64,000 nucleotides of DNA. It comes from a virus (Duplodnaviria > Caudoviricetes). Below the pieces are notes generated by a model. The model was not told the origin of the DNA. It was given only the letters and a program-made list of their open reading frames with translations, and searched no databases. This document shows, one piece after another, positions 10,599-21,888 of this stretch. Every line of letters begins with the position of its first letter. Position 1 is the stretch's first letter. The position numbers and the translations under genes are program-made. The stretch covers positions 192,001-256,000 of the IMG/VR virus record IMGVR_UViG_3300037067_018912; one strand, 5' to 3'.

Positions 10599-11090
10599 TT
10601 ACAGGTTGAGAATGCACCTCCACGGTTGGATTTCAAGCGTGATATTGGTTAACTCGTCGTTGCTGTAATCGTTGTCGCCGAAATCGATCGACGTGATCAT
10701 GCACTGCTCCAAGAACCACTTTTCAACCTCGATGCCCGTCGGGTCTAATGCTTTTAAGTATATGTTCTTTTTGTAACCCGCTGCATAACCCATCCTTCCT
10801 GTGAGTGATTCTGCATGCAGACGCACCCATTCCATGAGTTGCTGCGAGGTTGAAGGACCGATCGGGTCGATGAACGTTACCGATAATGCATCCCATGTGT
10901 AACGGCCAGCAACATAGTTCTGTTCGTTCATATACGGAATTGCAACGGAGTTGATTTTCATCGAAGGTCTTTTGAATTTCAAGACTTTCCAGACCTCAAC
11001 GCCAATATCGGTTGGAAACTCTGCAAAATATCGGTTGATCCTCTTCGGTTCGTATTCAAAAGGGACGCCCCTTATCATTTCGTTTGCCAT
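10599..11090 (-). CDS. Tail tube protein (gp19-like)
   Basis: YEPKRINRY, YVAGRYTW, WVRL, YKKNI...DPTG...EKW; lies downstream of the sheath gene. Confidence 0.85.
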   Translation of the reverse strand: MANEMIRGVPFEYEPKRINRYFAEFPTDIGVEVWKVLKFKRPSMKINSVAIPYMNEQNYVAGRYTWDALSVTFIDPIGPSTSQQLMEWVRLHAESLTGRMGYAAGYKKNIYLKALDPTGIEVEKWFLEQCMITSIDFGDNDYSNDELTNITLEIQPWRCILNL

Positions 11091-11157
11091 TGTTCTGTTT
11101 TATTAAGTGGTAAGTATTATTTTTGTTTATTATAAATACTCTCTTCGGGAAAACGTA

Positions 11158-11625
11158 TTAAAGATTTGGCAAAACGCCAGTCCTTTGATACTGTCTGTAC
11201 TCGGATTGAGTTAATTCTTTCACGCTTTTCTTCCTCGGTGCAACAACTACTTTCGGTAGTTCTACAGGTTTAGGAATTTCAACAGGCTCTTCAACCTTTT
11301 CTTCGGCCTTTTCTTCTGCAATTTCAGCAACAACTTCCACCTCGGCAATTTTCAATTCCTCCTTCGCTTCATCAGAAAGAGGTTCGTTGTCATTTTCAAC
11401 AACAGGTTCTTCCGTTGCAGGAATTGGTAATGATTCTTCAATAATAGGTTCTTCGGTTGTCGCTTCCTCAATAACAAGTTCTTCAGTTTCCTCGACAATA
11501 GGGGTTTCTTCCTCTGTCGGTTCTACATCGGGAACTTCCGTTGGTATTTCAACGAGTTCATCGTTCTTTTCCACAAGTTCTTCGGCTTTCTTCGGAACTC
11601 TTTTGTTTTTATTCTTATTACTCAT
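11158..11625 (-). CDS. Acidic low-complexity late protein
   Basis: Glu/Pro/Val-rich ORF between sheath and tube; likely start MSNKNK. Confidence 0.55.
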   Translation of the reverse strand: MSNKNKNKRVPKKAEELVEKNDELVEIPTEVPDVEPTEEETPIVEETEELVIEEATTEEPIIEESLPIPATEEPVVENDNEPLSDEAKEELKIAEVEVVAEIAEEKAEEKVEEPVEIPKPVELPKVVVAPRKKSVKELTQSEYRQYQRTGVLPNL

Positions 11626-11718
11626 TTTATTCAATATTAAATGATTGTTATTTCCGATAAATACTTTCGAAACCGAAAGACCCACGAGAATGTGGGTCTT
11701 TCAATCCCGGAAGCGGTT

Positions 11719-14424
11719 TTATGCGCCATAATCTGCAAACGAAGCACCCGACGGGGTGATCGTAAATGTTATACCAATGAATTCGACCGCCCTTGTGGGT
11801 TTCAGGAAGATTTCACCATACAATTCATTCCTGTCACGTGTTTCAGGCGTGTTGTTGCTGTCGTCCATCTTGATTTGGAATTCATACAAGCCTCTTTCCC
11901 TTTTGATGTTGTCGAGGATCGGAGTCGCCTGCTGCAGGAATTGGTCGATCGTGGCTTGGTCGTTTTGTTCAAACACGAGCCTGATCGCAATATTGGAGAT
12001 CAAAACCTTGATCCTCAATAACAATCTGCGAACGTTAATCCTGTCGAGGGCACTCTCTTTTACTTGGAGGGTCTTTTGCCCAAAGATGGCTGTGCCTGCT
12101 TCGGCAAAGTCAGCCAACGGGTTGATCCTGCCAGCGTAAAGGGTGTCTCTTGCTTCAAGTGACAGTTTGTATTTCGATTTCCTTGCGTCCGTCACACCAC
12201 GGGTCAAACCTGCAGGTGCGAACCACGGGAACTTCGTATTGTCTGTGAATGCCATAGCCTTCACAACCTCACCTGTTGGTGGGATGTATACATTAACGTT
12301 GTTCTGCGTGTCCCTCATCTGAATCCAAGGGAAGTACGTGCAAGCATAATTGCTGTCGACTTCTGCACTGTCAAGCAGATCAGTGATTTCTTCCGCTGCA
12401 AGAACATCTGATTTCGATTCTCCGACCACGACCGGAACGGTGCTGTCGGGTGAGTCGATGATGTAAAGGCTGTCGGTTCTTTCGTCCTCAAGCATTTCAA
12501 TTGTTTCCTTAACCAATTGGTTGTTGTCACTCCAGTTCACACCAGGTGTTGCAAACAAGTTGATTGTGACTTCCTCTGCATTGGCAAAGGTGTTGATCGC
12601 CGTCTGCCATGCTTGGTAGTCGTTAACCGGACTTCCATTAGGCACGACGCCGTCATATATTTTGTTCAAAGCGTAGAGGTCGCCGTATGAACGTGATGTC
12701 CTGTTAACATCCCATCCATCGAACCCACCTGCCGGAACAAGAGTGAATTTCCTTGATATCATCTCGTAGTACGGATTGTCCGCATCAACAATATCGTCGA
12801 TCGTCCTGAACTTGCCCGCACCAACTTGGAAGGAGTATCCATCGTATGTTCCCGTTGCACCGGAATCCATATGGAATCCTTCGCTTTTCACTTGTGCTCC
12901 GGTACTGATTTGGCCGTTGAAATTGAACATGTTTTGGTTGATACCTGTTCCAATCAATCCGGTTGCATCATAACCATTTTCGGAAATACCGAGATACACT
13001 TTTTTGTACCTTTCGTCGTCGTTGTAAGCCGTCTTATAGAAAATCTTCGGAGCAATACCGCTGAATCCACTGTATTGTGGGAAGAGGTATCCTTCGAAAC
13101 CTGCCGGGAATACTTCTGGTGCAAGTTCGGTGGCCATTTCGACCATAATATACTTGCTTTGAAGGTCGTATTCACCGTCGGATGTACCGATGCGTTGTGC
13201 AATATAACCGTTCGTTCCAAGCGATAAGTTACATCTTGAGAAGGTCTCAAGAACCACCGGGTTGTCGTCAGTATCATTGAAACTACGAACAATAACATTG
13301 AATTCCAACGAAATTGGGTCAATATTGGTTATGCTGATCTTAACTTCTTGGTTTGCAGCATTACCGTCAGAAATGCTGATGAATTTGAACAGTTTGTCCA
13401 CCTTACTACCCTTCAGTTGAGATACAACCCAAGGAGTTTCAGGCGTTTTGAACTGTGTCCGGTAGTTGGTAAATGCATCACTTGTGCAATTGAGTATCGT
13501 AGTGTTGACACCGTAACCGATGCCTTCTGCATCAAGTTTCTTAATAAGATCAGGGAACACTGCCTCAATCCAAATTTTGGTGTTTTTGTCTTTCGGTTCT
13601 GAACCAACGACGCTTGAAATGAAACTCGCAGCATTCGGGTTCAACGAAACTGTGTACAATTCGGTGCTTCCGGTGCTGTACGCCCTCAACACGAATTCAC
13701 CAAACAGGTCACCTGTTTCAAGGATCGTTGTGTTGCCGCTCATAGTGAGTGCGGTTGTATCGAATAAAGTGGTCGAAGGAAGGTTAACGTTGTCTTGGAC
13801 TCTCGCCCTGCTTCTTACAACTGCAAGTACCATACCTTCATATTGTGTGTAGGATGTTCCTGTATACACCGTATCAACTACGCTGACAGTACCACTTGTG
13901 CCTGTCATCGTCATTGCTGTGAACGAATATGAAACACCTTCGAAATCGCTTCCGCTTTTTGTGTATCCGCTGAAATACAATCCCGTGTCTCCGACAAAAC
14001 TCAACGACACACCTAAAAATGCGCCGTCGGTGAAACTTGCCACATAAGGTGCGCCGACAGTCGACACTCCTGTTGTAGCCGGATCAACGCCAGCACTCAA
14101 AGTAAGTGCCCAAGCCGTGCCCGCATCATATCCTGACAGACCCAATACTCTTGTTACATATAACTGATTGGACTCGTCAAGGTAGGCATTGGCGACGTAT
14201 GGTAATTGATATTGCAGATTCCCATTCGAGAACCTTTTGATGCTTTGCGCACCGAATCTTTCCAAGAATTGGGTTTTATCCTCGACGAAGACGGGTTCGA
14301 ACGCCGGACCTTTCAACGTTTCGCCGACAAGACCCAAAGTTGTAATGCCCACGTTACGTGTAACGAACGATAAGTCACGTTCACGAAATTTCACACCGGG
14401 ACTGGTGAATACAAATTCTGCCAT
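11719..14424 (-). CDS. Tail sheath protein (gp18-like)
   Basis: FTSPGVKFRE, GETLKGPAFEP, PWFAPAG, GQKTLQ, LDRINVRRLL, FEQND. Confidence 0.95.
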   Translation of the reverse strand: MAEFVFTSPGVKFRERDLSFVTRNVGITTLGLVGETLKGPAFEPVFVEDKTQFLERFGAQSIKRFSNGNLQYQLPYVANAYLDESNQLYVTRVLGLSGYDAGTAWALTLSAGVDPATTGVSTVGAPYVASFTDGAFLGVSLSFVGDTGLYFSGYTKSGSDFEGVSYSFTAMTMTGTSGTVSVVDTVYTGTSYTQYEGMVLAVVRSRARVQDNVNLPSTTLFDTTALTMSGNTTILETGDLFGEFVLRAYSTGSTELYTVSLNPNAASFISSVVGSEPKDKNTKIWIEAVFPDLIKKLDAEGIGYGVNTTILNCTSDAFTNYRTQFKTPETPWVVSQLKGSKVDKLFKFISISDGNAANQEVKISITNIDPISLEFNVIVRSFNDTDDNPVVLETFSRCNLSLGTNGYIAQRIGTSDGEYDLQSKYIMVEMATELAPEVFPAGFEGYLFPQYSGFSGIAPKIFYKTAYNDDERYKKVYLGISENGYDATGLIGTGINQNMFNFNGQISTGAQVKSEGFHMDSGATGTYDGYSFQVGAGKFRTIDDIVDADNPYYEMISRKFTLVPAGGFDGWDVNRTSRSYGDLYALNKIYDGVVPNGSPVNDYQAWQTAINTFANAEEVTINLFATPGVNWSDNNQLVKETIEMLEDERTDSLYIIDSPDSTVPVVVGESKSDVLAAEEITDLLDSAEVDSNYACTYFPWIQMRDTQNNVNVYIPPTGEVVKAMAFTDNTKFPWFAPAGLTRGVTDARKSKYKLSLEARDTLYAGRINPLADFAEAGTAIFGQKTLQVKESALDRINVRRLLLRIKVLISNIAIRLVFEQNDQATIDQFLQQATPILDNIKRERGLYEFQIKMDDSNNTPETRDRNELYGEIFLKPTRAVEFIGITFTITPSGASFADYGA

Positions 14425-14728
14425 TTTATTAGTTATTTAAGTTCTTATTATTTTTTCCTTTATGATGAAGCACTGCTCTATCGTTTTCAATAAATACTGA
14501 AAAAATCTCGAAAAGGCGTTTCGCCGTAATTATTATCGCCCTGTAATTCTTGGTCATAAAACCGGATTTATACCTTTTCGTTATTTTTCAATCCCGATTT
14601 TTTTAAATTCTCCGATTTTTCAAAAAATCTTGTTTGAATTTCCCGAAAAAAATTTTTAAAAATTTTTGAAAATTCTTTACATTTGATGAGGATTCTTGGT
14701 TATCAGTATTTATAAAAAAGATTTTTTC

Positions 14729-16888
14729 ATGAATAAATCACAAAGAATTCACTTGAACGTCGACAACGTCGACATCGACAAATATGTAAAAGTCAGGCTT
14801 GAACAAGATGTCGACACTTTGGAGTTCCTTTCAATGAGCATTGACACCAAGGACATTTATAGGGATTTCAACGCCGATTATGGTGTTTTGGTGGGAAGAG
14901 TTAACGCCAATAACGGTATTGGTGTACCGAATGCAAGAATAAGCATATTCATCCCTGTGATGGATGAGGATACCCTCGACGGAAGTGTCATGAGCATTTA
15001 CCCATACAAAACACCGAGGGACAAAAATGCTGACGGCAAGCGGTACAACCTCCTGCCAAGGGTTGGGAAGAGAAACCCGGAGACTCAAGTAGTTTCACCA
15101 AAACAACCGTTTGGAAGTTTTCCAATTAAGGAAGAATTTGTGGTAAATGAACCGTTTTTAGATGTTTATAAAAAATATTACAAATACACCGCATTAACCA
15201 ATGATAGTGGCGATTATATGATATTCGGAGTCCCGGTAGGCGTACAAACGGTTCATATGAGCGTAGACATTACCGACATCGGGGAATATAGTATGACGCC
15301 CGCTGCTATGGTGACCAACCTCGGATATTCTGAGAACCTTTTCACCGAGAACAACACTAAGATCAAGGAAAGTACTGATTTGAACGACTTACCGCACATT
15401 GAACTACAGGATATTGCAGTTGATATTGCACCGTTTTGGGGGGACACTGAGAATTTCGAGATCGGTATAACTCGTCAGGATTTCAGGGTTAGATCAACGC
15501 TTGTTAATACGTTTGTCGTATTTGGAAGCGTTTTCACCGATGCAGACAATTCAATGTGGGGTCAAGATGTCGATGGGGATACAAGAAGAATCAACGAATT
15601 ATCAAGATTGTACGGTGATCAATGGAAAAATATTAGTATATATTCGAAAAGGCCGGGCAGGGTCACCGAAAAGATTTATACTTATAAATCAACTGTTAAG
15701 GATTCGGACATCAATAATGCTGATCCGGAAAATGATATGATAGTACTTGATAAAAGCGAATATTCTGTCTATAAAAGAGATGGGGATTTTGTTTTTATTA
15801 TAAATTGCAACCGTGGTAAGGTTATAACAAGTGAAACCGGAGAAGTCACACCCGTTGAAAACTCTTATCAGGGTGGTGTATACACGACGTTTAAAGGTTT
15901 CATCACGTTAGAAATTATACCTGACGACTTACCGATGAATTTTCATACGAACATTGGAAACAATACTGAAGTTACTCCATATAGGGTTAAATTAAAGTTT
16001 CCACAATACGCTAACAGGAACAGGGGTTTTGCAATGCCGGGTGATGGTACTGCCGATGAGGATACTGATGCATGGAGAAAACAACATTTCACTTTTGAAA
16101 GTGGAAAATTTTATAGTTTCGCCAGGTTTCACGGGACGACTTATTTAAGGAAGGACGCAAGTAGCAATCACCATACATTCTCCGACGGCGACCTATCACA
16201 AAACAACGGTTTTTGGAATGAGACGAGGATAAACCACCCATACCACAAAGATTCGTGGTGGAATGCTGGAGTTATAGTCACAGGTACTGTTCATGAAGAA
16301 ACTTCTGAAAACGCTAACTACCAATTCCCATCAAACAGTCAGGAAAACACAGGTGAAGCCTGCTTCGGGGCGCAATGGTTGAATCTGAGCGTCTTCCTTC
16401 CTCAATTGGGTTACATGAGCAACGGGTATGCGTATATAAGTTACGTCAAGACTTCGGACTACTTCTCGAAACAGAATAAAAGAAGCAGCGAAGGTGGTTA
16501 CAACGGTTATTTTGTTGGAGGCAATAATACCCAACCAATCGCCGGAGGGGATTTCAACACGAAGTCGTTTTTGCGCTCAGACCTCCATTGGACGGACATC
16601 ATCGAAGTGCCTGTGGAAGATATTGATAAAATGAAGAATAAAATCACCACGAAAGGGTTTAAGGATGATGTACTATCTTCTGAGGATTTATTAATAGGCA
16701 AATACCGAAATGGTTTATATAAACCAACAAATTGGACTACGGTGACAACACCGTGCCCTTTGAATGGTGGAAAATTAAATGGTTGGCCTGATAATAGTAA
16801 TCCTGCAGACCAACGCACATATTTTTACAAAGGACAAGGTGATGCGAATTGTATTGACTATCTCTATGAATTAGGAATACTTGTATAA
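14729..16888 (+). CDS. Virion structural protein (baseplate/tail-associated)
   Basis: Late motif at 14706-14714; GRVNANNGIGVPNARISIF beta-sandwich-type N-terminus. Confidence 0.6.
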   Translation: MNKSQRIHLNVDNVDIDKYVKVRLEQDVDTLEFLSMSIDTKDIYRDFNADYGVLVGRVNANNGIGVPNARISIFIPVMDEDTLDGSVMSIYPYKTPRDKNADGKRYNLLPRVGKRNPETQVVSPKQPFGSFPIKEEFVVNEPFLDVYKKYYKYTALTNDSGDYMIFGVPVGVQTVHMSVDITDIGEYSMTPAAMVTNLGYSENLFTENNTKIKESTDLNDLPHIELQDIAVDIAPFWGDTENFEIGITRQDFRVRSTLVNTFVVFGSVFTDADNSMWGQDVDGDTRRINELSRLYGDQWKNISIYSKRPGRVTEKIYTYKSTVKDSDINNADPENDMIVLDKSEYSVYKRDGDFVFIINCNRGKVITSETGEVTPVENSYQGGVYTTFKGFITLEIIPDDLPMNFHTNIGNNTEVTPYRVKLKFPQYANRNRGFAMPGDGTADEDTDAWRKQHFTFESGKFYSFARFHGTTYLRKDASSNHHTFSDGDLSQNNGFWNETRINHPYHKDSWWNAGVIVTGTVHEETSENANYQFPSNSQENTGEACFGAQWLNLSVFLPQLGYMSNGYAYISYVKTSDYFSKQNKRSSEGGYNGYFVGGNNTQPIAGGDFNTKSFLRSDLHWTDIIEVPVEDIDKMKNKITTKGFKDDVLSSEDLLIGKYRNGLYKPTNWTTVTTPCPLNGGKLNGWPDNSNPADQRTYFYKGQGDANCIDYLYELGILV

Positions 16889-16941
16889 AACAAAAAACCC
16901 CGTCGATTCCGGCGGGGTCTTATGTATATCAGGTGCAAGTC

Positions 16942-17385
16942 TTATTTTGCTAAAGTGTACACACCGTTGACAGGCATTCCAACAATATCCCAACGAATGA
17001 GTTTTAACTTCAATTCACTTCCGTTGAAAGTAGTTGCATTCATGATTTGAAACTTCGCACCGTTGTCAAGGGTAATTACGTCGTTGCTTAAAGTATAACT
17101 ACGATTTATTTCCCCGTCATTACAATTATTGGTTTCAATAAATGACGTGGTAGTTACATCAATCAAATTCATGGTAACAAGACTGTGATCCTCATCAAAT
17201 TCAGAACCGCAAACATCATCACCATAAACATTACCCTCGAATTCGAGGGATACGAAATACCAGTTACCAACAAGGTCTTCCACGGTTATTCCTTCAGGAA
17301 CAATGGGGTCTTCGTCTTTTTCACAAGATGTGAACACGGTTACCAGGGCAACCATCAGAACTACAAGATAATTAATTTTTTTCAT
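16942..17385 (-). CDS. Bacteroidota-type lipoprotein, lipocalin-like
   Basis: Signal peptide II ending VFTS-C, followed by the acidic stretch EKDED; LVGNWY. Confidence 0.75.
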   Translation of the reverse strand: MKKINYLVVLMVALVTVFTSCEKDEDPIVPEGITVEDLVGNWYFVSLEFEGNVYGDDVCGSEFDEDHSLVTMNLIDVTTTSFIETNNCNDGEINRSYTLSNDVITLDNGAKFQIMNATTFNGSELKLKLIRWDIVGMPVNGVYTLAK

Positions 17386-17481
17386 GTTTGTTGTTTTTTT
17401 AGTTAAACTGTAAGATATTACGATGAAAATTACCGTTTGTTACAAAAAAACAAGATTTTTTATGTGGGGTATTTATATCAT

Positions 17482-18630
17482 ATGGATAGTTCAGTCAAAA
17501 TACTACTTAACAGCCTCAAGGATATTGATTCTGTGAACGTTGAAAACTATGAAAAAGTGGCTTTTTCAACAAAGGACACCAATATTCTTGAATACAATAT
17601 AAGAAATGTGCTCAGTGCTACGGAAATCTTCGATGCTGAGAGGGAAGCGAATCCTATTTACAGGATTTATGGAAGAATTGAATATATGTCCCTTTTAAAT
17701 GGATTGAAATCGAACTATACTGAATTTCAAGACTTTTTCCTGCCACAAAAAATAGGTGATTTTAAAACCCTTTTAAATTCTTTCAAATTCTATCTCGTAA
17801 AACCATCCACCGGATATACCAAGATCACTAACAGTAGTGTCCAATACATCAGGTATTTTGAAGTAGTTGCCACACACGATCAATTCGAACTCTATCCGGC
17901 AGGTTTCTCAAACAATGTTTACGGCGAACAGGTCTACGCATTTAACTTCAATGTTAGCATTGATGCTTCAAATTTTTTTGATCATTTCGGATTTCCGGTG
18001 ACAGAGTTGTATCTTTATTCGATATATCTACCGACGGGAGATGAAACACTAAAATACACCCATTTCAATTATTCGAACGGAGCGGCATCAAAAATTGTTC
18101 TCAACACCAATATCTTAGAGATTGGAGATCATAATATTGAGGGTGATAAGATCGAATATTCAAAACAAGATTATTATCAAACCCAACTTGAACCTCAGAC
18201 TTATTACATTACAACTCCAGTTTTATACAATGACAACAATAGGAACATTCTTTGGAAATATAATCCTTTCACTACCTTAACATTAAGATATTTAAGCGAT
18301 AGTCTTTACAAAGCAAACACGGGGAGCACATCATATGAAACAACATCTACTATTCCAACACATGCTACGAATTTGGGAAACGGCAATTTTGTTTGGAGGG
18401 ATATTCTACCGCAAGGATATTTCGACCCATTGACGGGGACGGGTGTTGACTATCCTTTTGTAAATAAAAGAAGGTATTTGTTTGCCCCGGTGGTGATTAG
18501 CATCATGCCGGATTTGAGTGACAACCCGACAACCACTTACCCATTCACTAAAATATGGATCGGTGATGATGTCGAAATCGATAAGACAATTCCATCTGGT
18601 GATATAAATGATATAGGAAAGCCATGTTAA
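17482..18630 (+). CDS. Hypothetical virion protein
   Basis: Late motif at 17469-17477 just before the ATG. Confidence 0.6.
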   Translation: MDSSVKILLNSLKDIDSVNVENYEKVAFSTKDTNILEYNIRNVLSATEIFDAEREANPIYRIYGRIEYMSLLNGLKSNYTEFQDFFLPQKIGDFKTLLNSFKFYLVKPSTGYTKITNSSVQYIRYFEVVATHDQFELYPAGFSNNVYGEQVYAFNFNVSIDASNFFDHFGFPVTELYLYSIYLPTGDETLKYTHFNYSNGAASKIVLNTNILEIGDHNIEGDKIEYSKQDYYQTQLEPQTYYITTPVLYNDNNRNILWKYNPFTTLTLRYLSDSLYKANTGSTSYETTSTIPTHATNLGNGNFVWRDILPQGYFDPLTGTGVDYPFVNKRRYLFAPVVISIMPDLSDNPTTTYPFTKIWIGDDVEIDKTIPSGDINDIGKPC

Positions 18631-19433
18631 TCAATAAGGAAATTATAAAATTCGATGAACGGGACATGTATGTCAGGTTTGCGTTGGACGGCAGTAACGG
18701 CCTCACCGGATACCAACAACAAATCGATAATCTGACAACAATAACCGGGATTGATATAGTCAACCCGGCAATCGATGTCGAAGTACGCAGGTTCAGATAT
18801 AGTAAAGAAGCGAGCATCGCCACATTAATGTTTTACAACGACAGGGGGGAGAACTCGTTTAGGAATATAACGAGCACGGTTGATGATATGATGATTACCA
18901 CCCGGACAACGCAAGCGTTAAGTAGTTTCTTTATTCTTGATTTCTATGATACTTACGATATTACAAACCAATCGAAAATATTCACTCTTTACATGACGAA
19001 AATTCTCGACGGAACACCACCAATAACACCTAAATACACCATTGATGCAAGCAACAAGAACCAATTTTATTATTGGTACATCCCGCTATCATTCATTAAC
19101 GCCCATGCGGGTGGAACTGTAAACATGTATGTTAAATTTAGTTTCTTTCATGCATACAATGGGAAGTTGAGACTTTATTACAATTACGCCAACAGATTGT
19201 TGAAAACCCCTGAAAAGATGTTCGTAAAAGTAAGTTTGAATTTGGATGACTATTCTTGGAAGTTCGTGTCTTCTTCGTACACAATAAGACTCGACCAAAT
19301 TGCGGGCGATTACGAGGCAAATAAGTATGTGGATAAGGTTAACGACGATATTGACAAGTTCGCACTCGACAAACAAGTATTCCCCAAAGAGACTATTTTT
19401 GATTACGAGACAGGAACTTATAAAAGCGAATAA
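18624..19433 (+). CDS. Hypothetical virion protein
   Basis: Coupled to the upstream late gene. Confidence 0.6.
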   Translation: MLINKEIIKFDERDMYVRFALDGSNGLTGYQQQIDNLTTITGIDIVNPAIDVEVRRFRYSKEASIATLMFYNDRGENSFRNITSTVDDMMITTRTTQALSSFFILDFYDTYDITNQSKIFTLYMTKILDGTPPITPKYTIDASNKNQFYYWYIPLSFINAHAGGTVNMYVKFSFFHAYNGKLRLYYNYANRLLKTPEKMFVKVSLNLDDYSWKFVSSSYTIRLDQIAGDYEANKYVDKVNDDIDKFALDKQVFPKETIFDYETGTYKSE

Positions 19434-20182
19434 CCAATCTTTGATTTCCTGATTGTCTTAACGATTTCGAATTCTTTTTCGTCTTGGATAAAACCAAGCA
19501 CTTTCAAAGCATATTTCGACACAAAAAAACGATCGCCGTCAATGTTTTCGATGGGATTTGATTCCGCAAAACCTTCGAAATGTAATGGTATGGGATTTCC
19601 TTTGATATTCAAATAGTCTTGGCGTGAAGCGAAATTCTTCAAAACCTGTTGATCATATTCATTTACGTCGACCCTGTATTTGGTGAACAAGGCAACTTCA
19701 TACGTCATGTCGACATTAACGGGTTCAGGCATTCTGAATTGCAAATATATTATTTCCCCTTCATCGAGGATTGGGACGTTCAAATACCTGAATTTCCTCG
19801 GTTGCGGGACACGGTACTTCGTACCGAGCCTTGTCCCCGGCTGCTTGTCGATTCGTCTGACAGTTATATAGGGAGTAGGGACGTTCTTGTCATTATCCAT
19901 GAACTTCCATGTCTTGCTGAACTCTCCCCAACGGTCGTTGTCGAGATAGAACGTCGGTACAACCTTGTTATCGACAACTAATTTCATATTGTTGAGGTTG
20001 ACATAATCAAACAACGCTTGATCGATGTCTTCAAGCAATATTGTCCTCGGCAGGTACTTGGTCTTGCTGTCGGTTTGGCGCATTAACTCCTCGATTCTGT
20101 CGAAACCATATTCGAGGTATTCGTTGCCAACCTTTGGCGGATTGGTGTCGAGGGTTATTTTAATTTTCTTTGGAAGTGACAT
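19418..20182 (-). CDS. Tail completion/terminator-like protein
   Basis: LEDIDQA, ITVRR, PVNVDMTYEV; late motif at 20196-20204. Confidence 0.55.
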   Translation of the reverse strand: MSLPKKIKITLDTNPPKVGNEYLEYGFDRIEELMRQTDSKTKYLPRTILLEDIDQALFDYVNLNNMKLVVDNKVVPTFYLDNDRWGEFSKTWKFMDNDKNVPTPYITVRRIDKQPGTRLGTKYRVPQPRKFRYLNVPILDEGEIIYLQFRMPEPVNVDMTYEVALFTKYRVDVNEYDQQVLKNFASRQDYLNIKGNPIPLHFEGFAESNPIENIDGDRFFVSKYALKVLGFIQDEKEFEIVKTIRKSKIGYSLL

Positions 20183-20260
20183 GAATCCGTTTTTATATAA
20201 ATACTCTTGCAGTTTAATTGTTAATTGATTATATTTGTTTGACTAACTAACTGACTTGCC

Positions 20261-20614
20261 ATGCTTGTTGAACGAAAGGAACACAAGGAGGCGGATGATT
20301 CCATTGGCTACATCGAATCCGTCTTTGAATCAGACAATGTGTTGAAAACCACCTATTTCCCTTTAATGCAAAGATTATATATTGCATTCAGCAGGGGAGA
20401 CACTTACTCCTACGGGAACATCACCCAAGAATTATACGAAGAATTCGAAAACGCCGAATCACAAGGCAAATTCTTCCATAAGAACATCAACAACAGGAGC
20501 AAATATCCTGTTCGCAGGGAGTTCACCCTTTATCCAAACGAAGTGCAAGGTTTGAAACAAATCGTGGAGGAAAACAAACAAGAAAAGGAGGAAGAGGATG
20601 ACGAGAACTCATGA
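20261..20614 (+). CDS. KTSC-domain protein
   Basis: SDNV...LYIAF...YSY...YEEFENAESQGKFFHKNI. Confidence 0.75.
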   Translation: MLVERKEHKEADDSIGYIESVFESDNVLKTTYFPLMQRLYIAFSRGDTYSYGNITQELYEEFENAESQGKFFHKNINNRSKYPVRREFTLYPNEVQGLKQIVEENKQEKEEEDDENS

Positions 20615-20924
20615 AGAATACCTGAACCTCATTAAATTACTTGAATTGGCATTGAAATTCTATGCTGATAAGAACAATTATACTGCAAATCCACCCATAC
20701 ACAACACGCTTTATTCGCCCATCGAATTGGATAAAGGATCGCAGGCACAATTTGCACTTGATAAAATTGGGGAGTTTGAAGAATACGATAGGAACTTGGA
20801 AGAAGAGTATGCAAAACAAATAGAATCCCTTTCCGCAGAAGCGGGTTTATCACAGCAGGATGAAATTATGAAATTATATGAAAAAATTAGAGAAATCGCA
20901 AAAAATGACGATAAAAACGTTTGA
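20598..20924 (+). CDS. Hypothetical protein
   Basis: Coupled ORF. Confidence 0.55.
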   Translation: MTRTHEEYLNLIKLLELALKFYADKNNYTANPPIHNTLYSPIELDKGSQAQFALDKIGEFEEYDRNLEEEYAKQIESLSAEAGLSQQDEIMKLYEKIREIAKNDDKNV

Positions 20925-21282
20925 GGAATATCAGGCTGCGGCTATCAGTATGAGGGTCTCCCTCGATAAATTCAAAGAGAACTTCCCCGGCGAAAGCCTG
21001 GTTGTATTGGAGTTATTGGCACTTTCATACGACGGCCTCGGTCTTGGTGAAGCGGGAGAGGTGCAAGGAAAAATCAAAAAGATAATCCGGGACGAGGGTG
21101 GAATTATAACCATCGACGCCAAAAAGGAGATAGCCAAAGAGTTGGGTGATTGTCTTTGGTATATTGCCTCAATGTGCGACAATCTCAATCTCGATATGGG
21201 GGAGGTTGCAACAATGAATATCGAAAAACTTCGATCAAGACACGAGCGAGGGACTGTTCACGGAAACGGGGATAATAGGTAA
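20905..21282 (+). CDS. MazG-like NTP pyrophosphohydrolase
   Basis: GLGEAGEV...KK...KELGDCLWY...NIEKL. Confidence 0.88.
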   Translation: MTIKTFEEYQAAAISMRVSLDKFKENFPGESLVVLELLALSYDGLGLGEAGEVQGKIKKIIRDEGGIITIDAKKEIAKELGDCLWYIASMCDNLNLDMGEVATMNIEKLRSRHERGTVHGNGDNR

Positions 21283-21593
21283 TGGCCACACATATTTTTG
21301 ACATTGATGGTACGATAGTTGATTTTCATACAAATCAGTGGCTTGAAGGTGCGAAAGAATATATTGCCCGATTATATAAACAGGGTCATCAGATTATTTT
21401 CATCACCATGCGCAGTTCAAAAGATGATGAAACAATATGGAGCATCGAAAACACGAAGAAGACCATACTCAAAGACCTTGACGATTTGAACATCAGATAC
21501 ACAATCATTTTTGGTGTTCAAACCCCAAGGATATTACATGATGACATGCCAATTTTTACAGATCAAAGACTGAGTAATCAAAAATACGAATAA
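21282..21593 (+). CDS. HAD-family phosphatase-like protein
   Basis: FDIDGT, FITMR, HDD. Confidence 0.75.
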   Translation: MATHIFDIDGTIVDFHTNQWLEGAKEYIARLYKQGHQIIFITMRSSKDDETIWSIENTKKTILKDLDDLNIRYTIIFGVQTPRILHDDMPIFTDQRLSNQKYE

Positions 21594-21597
21594 AATT

Positions 21598-21888
21598 ATG
21601 GCAGTAACGGGCAGCACAATAACACACATTGCGGTTATATCAGAAACTGCAGACGATTTTCAGGTGTTCCTTTCAAGAATGGGATACCCAATTTTTGAGC
21701 ATCTTAAAGGTTCAAAAAAAAGAAAGGTGTTGACAGCAAATGCTACATATTATTGTATCACAAAACCCACTGATGTATGTAGTCTTACTGTAGATAAAGT
21801 CATGTTTACTGATAATGCCATATTTAACAAAGACCTTGAAAAAATCATTGAATATATAAAGCCTTGTATAAGACCATTATGGAAATAA
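21598..21888 (+). CDS. Hypothetical protein
   Basis: ORF in operon. Confidence 0.5.
   Translation: MAVTGSTITHIAVISETADDFQVFLSRMGYPIFEHLKGSKKRKVLTANATYYCITKPTDVCSLTVDKVMFTDNAIFNKDLEKIIEYIKPCIRPLWK

Noticed and set aside
14440-14700. Replication origin
   Set aside because: It is an AT-rich divergent intergenic region explained by two late promoters; no clear iterons.
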